Assembly: GCF_000315625.1 (NCBI RefSeq)
Contig: NW_005434609.1
Location: 277,864 to 341,863, forward strand
DNA length: 64,000 bases
Origin: Guillardia theta CCMP2712
Lineage: Eukaryota > Protista > Cryptophyta
Reading direction: 5' to 3'
Both the position numbers and the translations under genes were made by a program. Of this stretch, positions 1 through 12,696 are shown piece by piece (position 1 is the first letter of the stretch; every line of letters starts with the position of its first letter). The notes below the pieces were generated by a model. It ran no database searches and was not told the DNA's origin. It saw only the letters and a list, made by a program, of their open reading frames with translations.

Positions 1-62
1 TCTCCTCCTCCTCCTCCTCCTCCTCCTCCTCCTCCTCCTCCCCCATTCACTTTGTCCTTCAG

Positions 63-525
63 ATCTCCGAGCTCGACCCTCGCCACACTGCCATCGATTC
101 TCGACTCAAGGCGGCCATGGCGACGGGGTCAGACATCGCGCTCTACCCCAACAAGCACTTGGACCAGCAGGCAGAGATATCAAGGCTGCCATCGGACCCG
201 CCGGAGGACGAGGAAGATTGGATTGACTCGAGCGCAGTTCAGGTCTCCCTCCTCCTCCCGTCCTCTCGTCCCCCCTGCTCTCCGTCCCAAACTCTGTTTT
301 CAAGTTTCCCCACTTCCGTGTCGTTGGCGCCGTAGAGCCTCGAGTCTCCCGCTCTCAAGCGGCTTCTCCTCCCTCCTGCCGTCAACTCACTGTCCGAGTG
401 ACTGCGTCCCGCAGGTCTCCCGTGTCAAACTTCCCATGCTCAAGCACAACCAGTCGATAGTCGGTCGGCTCAAGATGAACCTGACGAGTCTCGCGGAGGC
501 TATCGGGGAGGAAGCCTATGATTGA
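63..525 (+). CDS. 3' end of a spliced gene, unknown protein
   Basis: Polypyrimidine tract and AG at 61-62; exon 63-242 (ISELDPRH...WIDSSAVQ); intron 243-414; terminal exon 415-525 (VSRVKLPMLKH...EEAYD*). The exons join in frame. Confidence 0.5.
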
Positions 526-977
526 TCGGTGATCGGAGCAGCGTCACGAGTCGCCAAGTTTGACAGCCCACCGGGGGCCGCAGTGCGATCGGATCACGGC
601 AGATTACTGAGTAAAGCCTGATTCGATGAGTGCCGAAAATTGCCGTCACTGACTAGGGCCGGTTCCGTGGCCTGCTGGGTGACCTGTGACTTTTACTCAA
701 AGTTAAGTTAAAAAGCAGTATTTTGACTCGGTCGTGACTGCTGCGTGACTGCAAGAGTGCGGTCTACCATCTTTCTGGTCGACGTCGCATCTTCACGTGA
801 GCAGGAAAGCGGAGGGGTCCTGGACGAGGAAGAGGCGGAGGGAGAGGAACAGGAGAAGGAAGAAGCACAGCTAGTAGAAGAGCAGGAGGGGATAACACAA
901 GACCCATCGTACATAGGTAAGGAGGAGCTAGTCGCGTGCGAAGGAGGAGGCAACTTTTGTCGCGCCAGCCATAAACT

Positions 978-1454
978 ATGATAATACCAGTGAGGTGCTT
1001 CACCTGCGGCAAGGTAGTTGATCCAACTGTGGGTTATGGTGCCTGACGTGTTTTAGGTCATTGGGAACAAGTGGTACAAGTACCTGGACTTGCTTCACTG
1101 TGGCTATCAGGAGGCCAAAGCTTTCGAAGAGCTTGAATTGAATAGATACTGTGAGTTTTGATAACAAGAGCGCAAGAGGCAGCCGGGGGGATGAGGCAGG
1201 GAGGAAGAGGGGAGAGGCAAGAGGGATCGACGAAGAGGGGAGGGGAGGGAGGCAGGGGGAGGCAGGAGGAGCCATGGGAGATGATGGCAAGGTGACTGGG
1301 AAATTTTCAGGTTGCAGGAGAATGTTGATGACGCATGTAGACTTGATTGAAAAGCTCATGGAATACAATCGTGAGATTTATTTTGACCTCATCCTTATGG
1401 ATTGACTCTGCTCTTATCACAGCTCTCGAGAATACAGACACAGGAGAAGACTGA
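978..1454 (+). CDS. RPB10: DNA-directed RNA polymerases I/II/III subunit RPB10 (RPABC5), 4 exons
   Basis: Exons 978-1013, 1057-1150, 1311-1370 and 1423-1454 splice to [73 protein letters not shown], with the RPB10 CxxC...CC zinc signature. All introns are GT-AG. Not recovered intact by the ORF track. Confidence 0.95.
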
Positions 1455-1540
1455 TATATGTATGACATAAATCAACGTTGGTCCTCCCTTATGGTCTATC
1501 GTGTGTTTTGCAAAGTCATCGTGTGTTTTGCAAAGTCAGC

Positions 1541-1906
1541 TCAGACGTGCTGGTCACGTTCTCCATCTGCCTCCCGCGCTCTATGTGCTTGACCTGTTGC
1601 TCCAGTTAGGTTCTTTGAGCCTTCCCTTGCTGCTTCTCCTCTCGCTCTTCCCTCCAGGTTGTTTTGATCGAATCTCCCCTTGTCTGTTTCTTCATATTCC
1701 CTCGCCCTCGTTTCCCTCTCGTTCATGTCCTCCCACTTGTCCTGCAGGGAAATGCGATGAGAATGTGAGGAGGAGGAGATGTAGGAAGGACGAGTTGCGG
1801 AAGGAGGCAGAGGCTTGCGCGAGTCTAGTTGCTGATGGGTAAACCTGAGCCTCCGAGGCTGAGCCTGGTCACATGGCTTGTACCTGACAGGAGTCCAATG
1901 GTTCAT
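1541..1906 (-). CDS. possible small spliced gene, charged low-complexity product
   Basis: Open terminal exon after a CAG acceptor (DKWEDMNERE...DQHV*) and a candidate upstream ATG exon with a GT donor. No recognisable homology. Confidence 0.25.
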   Translation of the reverse strand: MNHWTPVRYKPCDQAQPRRLRFTHQQLDSRKPLPPSATRPSYISSSSHSHRISLQDKWEDMNERETRAREYEETDKGRFDQNNLEGRARGEAAREGSKNLTGATGQAHRAREADGERDQHV

Positions 1907-1939
1907 ACAGTTCAAGCGCAGGGTTGCCAACAGCGGCGG

Positions 1940-3005
1940 CTCAGTCCGGAGTTCGATCACACAAGGCCGCTGATCGGACCGTGAGGCACCATCACCTACA
2001 AACCGTTCCGTCAGATCATCATCTGCGCGGGTCAGTGACGCCGAACGGCGGCAGCAAACTCTCAGCACCGTGAGACTAAGCGGCTTATCAAGTTGACCCA
2101 GTCTGCAGTCCGCAACTGTCGGAGATCCAGGATGGAGCCTGAACTTGTGCAATGGAACCCGCCGACTAGCCCACCAGGCGAGGATGAGCCTAGTAACGCC
2201 GGGCCTTTCAAGTACTCAAAGTTAAGTTAAATCATTGAATCAGAACGATGAGCTAGCTATCATGATGACCGTACGGTGCCAGTACGGTCACGGAGTGACT
2301 GAGTGACGGCCGCTCAGCCGGGCCGCTGGGCCTCAGTGTACTTAAGTTAAACGCCGGGTCACGGGAGGCTTCAAGTTAGTACCGTCCGTTAACTGTAAGT
2401 TAACTTGCCAAGTTGTTAAATTACGACCGGGGTGACCGGCCCGCCGGGGACAATCCGATGAGGCCGATGAGATACAAGGCTCAGGGAACCGCGGCACTGC
2501 GCCGCAAACCTTGACTCGGTGACGGTGGCACTGCCGGGTGCGAAGGAGGCTACCCGGCGCGGCCGCGGCCCGACTCGGGGCCGCGGGCCCGGCGCGACGA
2601 TCGGAAGGTGCCCGGCGCACCGACTCAGCGAGCCTCGGAGTCACGAGTCCGATCGCCCAGGCTGCCGAGTCGAGTCCGGCATGATCCGGTCAGCCTCGCC
2701 GGGCCGGGATCCGAGCCTGGGCCCGGGCTCGGCCCCGGCTGAGTGCACCGTGCCACGGTGAACGGGCCGCGCGGCCCGTCGCCGCCACTGATACCGGCCC
2801 GTGCAGTGCCGCCGCACGGTGACCCGTCGCATCAGTCTATACGAGTCACAGACTCAGAGTCATGGGCCGGCCGGTACCGAGCCGGGCTACCGTTTCCGAG
2901 TTCCGAAAGTTTACTCAAAGTGAAAGTTAAGTTAAATCAGGACGGCGAGGACAATCAGTACCTACTTTCTTTACTCAAAGTTAAGTTAAATATCAGTACG
3001 AAGGT
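1940..3005. repeat. GC-rich mosaic intergenic tract containing three copies of the TTTACTCAAAGTTAAGTTAAA motif
   Basis: Dense CCGG/GGCC/TCAGTGAC/CGGTACGG words; motif copies at about 2213, 2910 and 2970. Confidence 0.6.
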
Positions 3006-3231
3006 ACTACGGTGCGATGCTACCAGATACGCAGGTACGTGCGATACGGAGGTACGCCAGGATGATGAGATTGCCGTTGCGCGGGAGTCGAACTGCTGAC
3101 AAGCGACTCTCGGGCAGGTATTCGAAAAGAAGTGCTTTAAAGTGGCTTGCAGTCAATGCTGACCAGTATCTTTACCACTGGCAAGAGGGTTTTAAAAGGG
3201 AGCAACAGATTCAGCACAACACCAAATCTCA

Positions 3232-3639
3232 ATGCTGGTCCGCAACGAGCGATCCCTTTCAACCTCCTCCCTCCTCCCTCTCTCCCTCTCTCCCTCTGCC
3301 TCCCCTAACATCGCAGCAAACAGAAGACCTTCGCCATGCTCTGTTCCATCTGCCCGTAGGACTTCACAATCGCCTTTGCCCCGATCATTATCCCTGAATG
3401 CCTTATCTGTGTCTGAGCAATATTCATGGGACGAGCATATCGGAGCCCTAGGCATCGATGAGGATAGATTTGCACAGCTTTCAGACTGGAAACGAAGAGC
3501 GCTCGGCTGCATCGCTAGATCTATCAAGTACATCACGGATGAGCAAACGCTGGAAGGCGGTAGCGTGGACGGCAAATTTCTTCGATGCTCTGTTGAGGGG
3601 GTAGAGGGAGAGGAGAGTACATGGGTCGAGAAATTATGA
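3232..3639 (+). CDS. hypothetical protein with a villin-headpiece-like motif (paralog of the 4455-4922 ORF)
   Basis: LGIDEDRFAQLSDWKRRALGCIARSIKYI aligns by eye with ILDTDKDLFQRLPAWKQRALVCLANSMRYI on the opposite strand. Confidence 0.4.
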   Translation: MLVRNERSLSTSSLLPLSLSPSASPNIAANRRPSPCSVPSARRTSQSPLPRSLSLNALSVSEQYSWDEHIGALGIDEDRFAQLSDWKRRALGCIARSIKYITDEQTLEGGSVDGKFLRCSVEGVEGEESTWVEKL

Positions 3640-4454
3640 GTGTACCCTGGGTATCAAGTACATTTGTGAGCTAGCCGGTGTCAGCTTAGTATGACAATCA
3701 GGAGTGTGGACTGTTAGAGGTGTTGAGGGATAAAAAGATTCAGAATAAAGTTATATTGATATCAAGGAGTGTCCTCATCGATGTGTAAAACAGAGGTCCC
3801 TTCTTCCTGTTCACGTCTTTGTATGAATTTCAATGCGACCTTCTTGTGGTGGAATACGATCTTGGATGCGACCTCCAAATGACTTTGACTTCATGGTTAT
3901 TTACCTCTCTTCCGGATATCAACGATTGTTTGAATCATTGTCTTTTCAAGTTGTAAACAACTCACTGCCTCTTAGTGTAGTCCAACCTCGGCACGTCATA
4001 ACAGGCCATCATTAGCTGGATCACAAGGAAACAAGAATCGGCAAAGCCTCTGATGCAAATTGCCAGGCATGGAGGTCTGTATGTAAGTTAGTGTATGTTG
4101 TATGCAACTACTACACGTAGTGCGATTCTTTGATCCGGCGTTATACATGTGCACAAGTGATTGTTTGCGACTACTACGAGTTTCTCAAAGCTGCACAGAT
4201 ATCATGTTTTCTTGGAAACTGATACACAACAGACGTGATCTGACATGTGTAAATATTGAATTGTGAAGTGAGGGGGTCTGATGAGTAACAGCAGAATATG
4301 GCAACTTTCAAATAGAATAGCGTAATCCCGTTTGAGGTTTTCAATTATAGTTATTTGCCAGCATTGCTTGAACACCATTGTGATGATTTCATTCATTGAA
4401 AGTCTAATTTACATCGTACACAGTACTGAGCACCATCCATAAGCTATCTGCTCA

Positions 4455-4922
4455 TCACACAGTCCAACCCCTCGCACATTCAATCGTTGACCCGTCCAAG
4501 TTTCCTCCCCTTCGCTCTCGCTCTTCGCAGATGTACCGCATGGAGTTTGCCAGGCAAACCAGCGCTCGTTGCTTCCAAGCAGGCAATCTCTGAAAGAGGT
4601 CTTTATCTGTGTCCAAGATGGAGGCGCTATCGTTGGGGGAGCCGGGAGAGGATCTGTCCGAGCCTGAGTAAGGAGTTGGGGATGGGGTGCGCATTGATTC
4701 TTTAAGATGATTAGGGGGAGCAAGAGTGAGGGCGAGGAGGAGCAAGAGTGAGGGCGAGGAGGAGCAAGAGTGAGGGCGAGGAGGAGCAAGAGTCAGGGCG
4801 AGGAGGAGCAAGAGTGAGGGCGAGGAGGAGCAAAGAGTCAAAAGGATTTCTAGGTGATAACAGTGGGCGGGTGGAGCTGTAGAGACAGGCAGAGGGAGAA
4901 CAAGAAGGGCATATGTAACCAT
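4455..4922 (-). CDS. hypothetical protein or pseudogene with a villin-headpiece-like motif
   Basis: Paralogous to the 3232-3639 ORF; contains a 22-bp tandem repeat; possible frameshift near the 3' end. Confidence 0.35.
   Translation of the reverse strand: MVTYALLVLPLPVSTAPPAHCYHLEILLTLCSSSPSLLLLLALTLAPPRPHSCSSSPSLLLLLALTLAPPNHLKESMRTPSPTPYSGSDRSSPGSPNDSASILDTDKDLFQRLPAWKQRALVCLANSMRYICEERERRGGNLDGSTIECARGWTV
4718..4827. repeat. minisatellite, 5 x 22 bp (GAGCAAGAGTGAGGGCGAGGAG)
   Basis: Units start at 4718, 4740, 4762, 4784 and 4806; one substitution. Confidence 0.9.
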
Positions 4923-5680
4923 CCATTCCTTTGACTTCTTTGCTAAAACTTCTTAGCTCGGGGTTCAAATTGAAAAGAACTCCTTTTGAATCTTGTGTTT
5001 TTACAACATATCCTCCTTAGCTCCGAGAGGTCGCTGGGTGCACGGGTCCTTTTGATAGCTCAAACAGGGTACTGTATTTGCACCCCCGTGCAATCAGATG
5101 CTGAGACTTCTTTACTACAGGATCTGTCAACCTAACGTAAAGCCGATGACGAACTGGATGACGCATATCTACTGTCTAGCTGGTTATTCGGCGCTGCCCG
5201 CAACGTATTTGGAAATCTACTAGGCTACCCCCCCCCCTTGATACCATTGAAATACCGTAGTACTACTTGAACCCGTGGAGTGGGAACATGGGATCAGTTC
5301 TCGCAGTGGCTGGTCAAACTTTTGCCTCTGTCACGGCGTAGGTTGCACCTAAAGCCGAGGGAGTTGCGAAGTCCATGCAGGTGCCGAGATGCTGGCTGAC
5401 CCGCCTCGGAGTTTTTACGACGGTGGGTCATAAGCGGCAAGAAGTCAACGGCAGCAGACTCCGGGGCGAAAAGCAACGCTTCACAGAGTCAAGATCCGCA
5501 GGCTTCAGCGGTGGCACGGCGGGAACTTGCGGCCGGTTTTTGGCCGCAATCAAGTTTTACAGCGGCCAGCCTCGGAGAAAGGCCCCGCCGGGCCCGGACT
5601 TCCTATCATTCAGGCCGCCCGGCCGGCTGACGGATGGCACGCCCGGCCACTGGCAGTGGACTCTGAAGATCACTGAGGCT

Positions 5681-7782
5681 TTAATCTGCTACTTCCACAG
5701 GTTTAGTCTCTACCTTGCTGCCCTCGACCCTACTCCTCTCGTTTGCCTCCTCCTCCTTCGTTTCCCACCTCTCTGCAACAGCCTGTGACGCTGCGACTAT
5801 CGGCTGGAGTTTGACGTCTCGATCCTGGAAGTCGGCAAGCAGCCCGTACTTGTAGTTGTCTTCACCCTGCGGCTTGCTGACTTCCTCCTTGGAGTACGGG
5901 ATCCCAAGATCTTGCAAGGCGGGATCGTCGTTTGCCTCGGATGCTGCTACCACGCTGTCACCCAGCTCCAAGGGAACATTGGGATCCGGTTCCTTGGCCT
6001 CCACCACCTTCGTAGGAGGGATCGTGATCAACCTGTCCCTCTCTAAAGGATCCCCGACAGCCTCGGGCTTCCTCAGCATGTCGTTGAGCCAGCCACCAGC
6101 GTCGAACTCTGCCCCTGTGTGATCAGCAGGGTGCACCTTGACCGTGACCTGGGGGATCTCCTCGTTGACATCGTCCGCAAACCCCTCAAAGTTCCTCTCC
6201 CCCACCTGCTCCCTCGTCAGCGGCTCCACTCTTTCAACGGTCTGCTGACTCACGTAGCTCAAGTTCATCTCCACTGGCGGGCCTTGCTGAACCTCCACTG
6301 CGACAGCCATCCTGTTCAGCATCCTTCCACCATGGCACGACTCCCAAGCTCACCATCGTCGTCATGGACCTGACCGGACAGCGGTGTATCCTTGGTCGAG
6401 TTGACTCGCCTCGTCACATCCTGCAGCCAACCTTCTTTCAGATTTTCGTCAGCCACACGCACTGCCTTGCTGACCTTGAACTCTCCTCCAGGGTAGTAGT
6501 CCGGATCGCGCTGTTAGGGAGGAGTCAGAGGAGGAGAGAAAGTCGCAACGGGCGGTAGGAGCCGTGAGTGGAAGGAAAACTTTTTCACCTCAGACAAGGG
6601 AAGTGGGGCTGCTTTCTTGGTCTTGATGACCACATCCTACCAAGAACCTAGTTAGCTATCGATCTGCTTCCTGCCTCGCTCCTCGCCTTGTCATCATCGA
6701 ACACGATCTCTGGCTGTCCTAGGAACTTATGAGGCCCACTCTGAGCCTCCTCTTTCACCTATCGAGACAAGTCAGGATGGTTCGAGATAGCCAAGTTTCA
6801 TGGAGACCGGGCGAGCGTTTGGTACCCATGTGTCCGGCAAGTAATGATCCACAGTGCGTACAAGATGGTATGTCAAAGGTGTGCGAAACACCTGATAGCA
6901 CGCCAACTGTCAACTCACAGAACATCGATCGTGGTTCAGTTCGACCTGACTGAAAACAGACTCCTTCGACCGATCCTCATTGTAGTCGTCAGCACTAACG
7001 GCAGAGAAAGTTTCGTTGGTCTGATTGACACTCAGATATTCAGGAGGAATGTCGTCCAGGATCTGTTGGGACTTGGGGAACTTAAGTCCCATCCGCTTGG
7101 TAGCTGCAAGGATCGAGTGATGAGATTTGATAGTAGATAGTGCAACGGCGTGCGGCGACTTCATATCTTGACTCAAACGTTTCCATAGATCTCTCTTTGC
7201 CATTGTAGGCGTTTTCTCCTTGAGCGCTCGGACCTGCTTCTGAGCTTGCGCGAGATGGGCGCCGATGGTGCCTTTCTCGGGCAACGCACTGCGCTTGCTG
7301 GCGAGCAAGGACGGCTGAGTATGTCAAAGTCAGCAAAATCTACTCGCGAGATAACAACAAGGAAGGATATACGAGTCCCTGCGCCACTGACCTGCTCTCT
7401 GGATCTGTGGCCTGAGGCTAGCAGTACTACCGCTGCCAGTAACGTCATACACCCGGTGAACATCAGGAGCTTCCCTCGAGTTCCGGCTCGGCCGTCCTTG
7501 TGCTGCAGGAAAAATGGCATCAGGCATGCATGGCATGTTGGGACGCGTCATGAGCATCGGAGCGGCCATGCAGCATCATCGTACAACGATTCTTTGACAC
7601 TTGATCCGCGGGCAGGTCAGAAGAAAAACAAACAAGAGGAAGGAGCACAGGAGGGTCACGAGCAACACATGGAAGTCGCTTACCCTGACGTCATAGACTG
7701 TGAAGGTCGTCGTCCTGCCTCCCCCTCCCCCTCCCCCTCCCTCCGTTGACCCTCCGGGCTCGTCGCCCAAGGTCTCCACCAT
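5681..7782 (-). CDS. multi-exon hypothetical membrane-anchored protein
   Basis: ATG at 7782; GT-AG-bounded exons including a hydrophobic segment (LLMFTGCMTLLAAVVLLA); open exons at 6910-7310 and 5681-6322 with host-like codon use. Joining them into one gene is inferred. Confidence 0.5.
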
Positions 7783-8113
7783 GAACCGCCGGAAATAGCG
7801 AACCCGTTACATCACGCAACGGCGGAATGTCAAACTGCAGCCTGTGCAAGGCCCGGACCCGCGCCGGAGTCAGTGGCCGGGCTGCTCAGCTGCCAGGGGC
7901 CCGGCGCACTGGCAGCCCGGTTCGACCGCGGACGAACACGGCCGGGGGTCGAGCTCGCCGGGACCGTGATGGGGCTCCAGACAGTGAGAATGAACGGCAA
8001 GGTACGGTCCTCGCAAAGTTTTCACCGATAGCAGGTGTCATGATGCTGGCAAGTTGAAGTTCATCAAAGTTTTACTAAACCACATCGCTTGCGGCGACAA
8101 GGCTCAGCACCTT

Positions 8114-10491
8114 TTAAGGTGCCTTGTAGTACTGGGTAGGAACGAAGGGCATCTTGACCACAGTTCCAGGGTTGGACTTGCCGCGCACTGTAACAACGAC
8201 CTGCAAGGAAATTCAGTGAAGGCAAGATCCTTGGGAACATCTAGAAGAAGCATGAAGGAGCGAAGAAGGGATAGCCACCTCGGTCCCCGTCTTGTTGTGT
8301 GGTCTGTTGATGTATCCCTGCCTTGATGTCAGGATGGAGATTGCGCTGGAGGCGGCCAGTCTTCGTAACAAGCTTACCATGGCGATGTTCTGCTTCAAGA
8401 TGGGCGAGACTGCACCTGAGGTGACCTAGAAAGAGGGAGTGAGTGGAAGCACACTCTGCCTAATCGTCCTCTACACCTTGCCAACAACTTCCCCCGATGG
8501 GAGGGAGATCTCTGCCCCCTCTCTTGCAGGAGCCCCAGTAGACATGATGCCGACGCGCATCTGCAACGAAGTTAAGAAAAGGTTTACGAGGCTACGAGGA
8601 GAGGACGGCAGCACCTTGGGTACAGACTTGGGACCCTCTGCCACCTGCGCAAATGTGTCACGACAGAGGTTTTCTGACGGTCAAAAGGAGGGGTCCTGCC
8701 TGCTTGAGGATAGTATCCGAGCCTGTGAAGGGACGGGCCCCAGGCTCACGACGCCCCTTCCCTACAGTCCACGACAATCCTGGCGCAGCAGCTGAGTGGA
8801 GGAGAGGGGCAAACGTGGCAACGAGTCTCACCTGCCATGGTTGGGGTAGTGGTGTCATCAATATCATGCCCGTACAGGCAGAGGCCAGCCTCCAGTCCTA
8901 CAAGGGGTTAAGTGACCAGACCCAGGGTGGGTGAAGGAGAAGACTCACTCAGCGTGTCACGAGCTCCCAACCCTGTGAAGAAACGTCGTCAGACTCAAGC
9001 TGTCGGCTTACAAATTGTCACCAGCTGGATGCACTTCAGGCTGATCGATGAGTTTTCGCCACAGCTTCACAGCGTTTTCCCCTGGAACCTGCATGCGTAT
9101 TGCCAGGTCAATGAAGAGGTGGTGACCATCGGGGAGACTAGCTCACGAAAATCTCGAAGCCGTCTTCTCCAGTGTATCCGCATCTGGCAACAAAGATTTG
9201 CATACCCTTGAAGGACAGTGTCAACTTTTTCCGGGTTGTGATGAAACAAGGGACAGGGAACTTACGTCCATCACCATGTTCTGAGCATCGCCGAAGTTCA
9301 TGTACTTGAAGTCGTAAACAGGAATGAGCCTCTGCATGACCTATGACGATGATTTCCAATCAGCTCACAAAGACCGTGTAAACCTCCACTTCATCGTTCT
9401 TGTTGCCTCAGACTCTCTTCTTCTATCTTTGCATGGCTCCACCCATCACCACATCCTCTTACCTTGACAGCCTCTGGTCCTTGCAGGGCGTAAAGTCCTC
9501 TGTCCTCCCACTGGACCTCCATCGATACGTCTCCGCCGAACTTCCCTGTATCACAAGTCAAGACGACAGCAAGCATGAGTTTGTAGATGAACCGAGTTTC
9601 TGCTTGAAGAATTCCAGATCCTTCACGGCGCATCCAGCATTGATGACCTGGGCACAAGATCACCTGACTACTCGTCGAGGTCGACATAGTAATCCACCTG
9701 GTAGATGTGATCGCCCTTCTCGTCCGATGTCTTGGTGATCATGGTGTCATCGATGATTCCTCCCTGCAGGTCAGGGGAAAGTTACAAGATCCCTCAGATT
9801 CAAGGAGAGGAGAAGAGAGCGGAAGGAGGCAGACAGAAAGAAGGGCCGGGAAAGGAAAATCGAGTCCAGGAGGATAGAGATCACAAGAACGGAATAAAGG
9901 CAACGTGTAGTGGATACGTTTTCGTTTGGGATCACAGAGAGGGTTCCCTTGCCCATGGCAAGATTCTCAATGTCAGCAACCTGTATGAAGCATCAGCTCA
10001 GATCAATCTTCATAACCGAAGGTAACTGAAAGGATCAGGATCCTACCGTCACGCTCTCCAAAAAGGCGATCGCATCCTTTCCACGCCAGCGGAGACTGTT
10101 CGCTGCATATCAACGAAGGCAGGGAGCTCATCATGAGAGGTCACCTGCACATGTGCGAAACATCGAACAGTCCTGTCTTGGTACGAACCTAGGGTTTCTG
10201 TCAGGGTGTGATAGCAGCGTCATTGACGAGGATCTACATGTTTGACTGAGTTGATAATGCTGTCTGCCTTGGGATGGTCCTTGTACTGCACAGGCATGGC
10301 CCAGTCGGCGAAGTCAACCTAGAATTTCTTTCAGCGTGTTCGGTATGCCATCTGATAATGTAATAGACCATCTGCCCTCCCAGCTTGATGTGTTCATCAT
10401 AAATCAGAGTCTTCTTGAGGTTAGAAGTAGAAGCAAATCGAATGCCCACGGTTCTTGCAGTCCTGAACGTGTTGGTAGCAAAGCCAAGCAT
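8114..10491 (-). CDS. gcvT: glycine cleavage system T protein (aminomethyltransferase), mitochondrial, many exons
   Basis: Mitochondrial-type leader MLGFATNTFRTARTVGIRFAS, then LKKTLIYDEHIKLGGQMV, GLFDVSHM, GIIDDTMI, LYALQGPEA, ARCGYTGEDGFEI, GLGARDTL, EAGLCLYGHDID, VTSGAVSPILKQNIAM and C-terminal KMPFVPTQYYKAP*. Confidence 0.95.
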
Positions 10492-10789
10492 CTTGAAAAA
10501 CAGATCATGTCAGCACGACTTCCCTGAGCGCTCAAGACATTTGATGCCATCTGATAATGCATTCTCTTGCGACTCATTTCCTCTCTTCACTCTGACTCCT
10601 CGCTCACTGTACGAAGACCAATATTTTCGAACATAAGCCTGCCACTCGGTACTAGTTTCCCGTCCTGTCCCGTAGGATCTCGTCCTATCCTGAACATCTA
10701 TTTGCTCCCGCCTTCTATCTCCTCGCTTCCTCACCATCGCCAACCATACGTAACGAGCTCACCTTGCTCCTGACAACCAGCATGGTTGC

Positions 10790-11530
10790 TGCGGATCAAC
10801 TACCCCCACCCCGTTACATCCTCCAAGTACCCCACTTCGGAGTTTGCAAATTTTGACTACCCCATCAATCCTAACAACAGGACCCTACCTACTTCGATTC
10901 AATTCTGGCCGTATATACCCCTACCTCCTCGACTCTCAAATTCAATCTACATGTGTACCCGCTACTTTTGAAAGAATTCTAACCCACCCCTCTACTTCAT
11001 GTCACTGATATTGGTACCCCACTGTTTAAATGATCGAAGAAGGCAACTACCCCACTTTTCTTCACCCCCACCCTCATCTTATTATGATCCACCCCTAAAT
11101 CCTCTAATGAGACCTTTTCACCTATGTACCCACCCACCCTCCGACATGCGATTGTGGAAGTACCCTACCCCTCAAATTATACCAGGTGCACAAACAATTA
11201 TACCGGGTTATGTACCCCCTTCTCTAGGTCACTTCATGTCATCACCACCAAACTCTCATCTTACTACCCACCTTCTCCCCAATTTGCAGGTTCGAATTTA
11301 CACCCTACCCTACAATTACTTCATTTGTCTCACAACTACCCCCATTCTGACTGTGTTTGTCTTTCACTACCCCTATTTTCAATCACCCCACCCCCTTTCA
11401 CATGTGCCAACTATCCCTTCACCTTGCGCTGTAAAACACCTGGCCAACCACCCCACCACTGCTTTGACGGTGTAAGAAACTTGAGTACCTACCCGGAAAA
11501 AGATAAAAGTACCGGTCTTCAGACCACCCT
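10790..11530. repeat. CTACCCC-rich degenerate intergenic tract
   Basis: High density of TACCC/CTACCCC/CACCCC words; no credible ORF. Confidence 0.5.
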
Positions 11531-12604
11531 ACCTTCTAAGGAACGTTTATGAGTCCAACATTACTGACGGTAGTACCAGAGACAAGGAAAATCAGTTTGT
11601 GTGACTCATAACCTGTCTACACCCGGGCGGGCCAACTGGCGACTTTCAGTAAAAGGCGACTCAGTGAAGTGGCGGCAGCGGCGGGCCGTCGGAGTCGGAC
11701 CCGGGCACAGCGGCACACGCAGCTGAGCGAGTCCACCCGCGGCGTGCGACGGAGGCTGCCACTGAGTGGCACCGGTACTACTGGTAAAACCGTGACTTCA
11801 GAAGTTCCAAAGTTGAGCCTCAGTCACTAGGCGCCGAGGCGCCGGACAGTACCGTCGTCCGCCGGGGGTGGGCGGCGGACGGATCGGACCGCGGCCCCGG
11901 CCCTCTCTGGCTGACCGTACAGAGTCAGCCGGGGGCCGGCCGGCCCCGGGGGGAGTCACCGGGGGGCCCAGCCTAAGCCGGTTCCCGGGCCCGTCTGTCT
12001 CCCGATCCGAGCCACGGAACTCGCGTCTCCCCCGCTCAATTATTCCTTCCACACACAGTTACTACTCAGCGGCTCTCGCTCCCGCCGTTTGGGATCTTGC
12101 CTTGCTAACGGCATGATCCTGCCTGCGTTGCCCGGGGCGCTGGCACTTGAAGGTTCAGACTGCTTGCCGTGGTTTGAATCTCTACTGTGCCTTGCCAGCA
12201 GAGTAATTTAGTGTGCAATTCAGCCATCATCTTTGTTGCACTGGTTTCATTTCTCAATCTGAGAATGATTCCAGCCATCCCACATGCCCGTCTCTGCGTC
12301 GCATTGGATGTCAACCCGTTGGAGCTCCTGCTCAACCTGGGGATCCCAGCTGGCGATAGCTCTCTGTATATTTCGAATAACTTTTGCTCTACTTGTTTGG
12401 TCGCTTGCACAGATCATTTGAATCTCACTTCGAGAGAACTTTCCTGATGGCACAGGGGAGGAGGATTGCACTGAGTACAACCTCTCTGCTGCCGTTGTAT
12501 TGGCAGCCTGTTGCAAAGCATTCTTTGCATTTCACTGATGTTGTATAGCAGTTGCTTCCATTCGAAGTGAAAACCATTTCAGTATTTTGTCATTCTCTGA
12601 GACC

Positions 12605-12696
12605 CAGTCAGTCAGTCAGTCAGTCAGTCAGTCAGTCAGTCAGTCAGTCAGTCAGTCAGTCAGTCAGTCAGTCAGTCAGTCAGTCTGTCTGTCTGT
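12605..12696. repeat. (CAGT)20(CTGT)3 microsatellite
   Basis: Directly visible. Confidence 0.95.

Noticed and set aside
745-981. Glu-rich ORF upstream of RPB10
   Set aside because: No ATG start; more likely purine-rich 5' UTR or promoter sequence.
2342-3099. Arg/Pro/Gly-rich ORFs in GC tracts (also 26165-27090, 45727-46835, 56569-57197)
   Set aside because: Expected by chance in very GC-rich mosaic DNA; no splice structure or domain.
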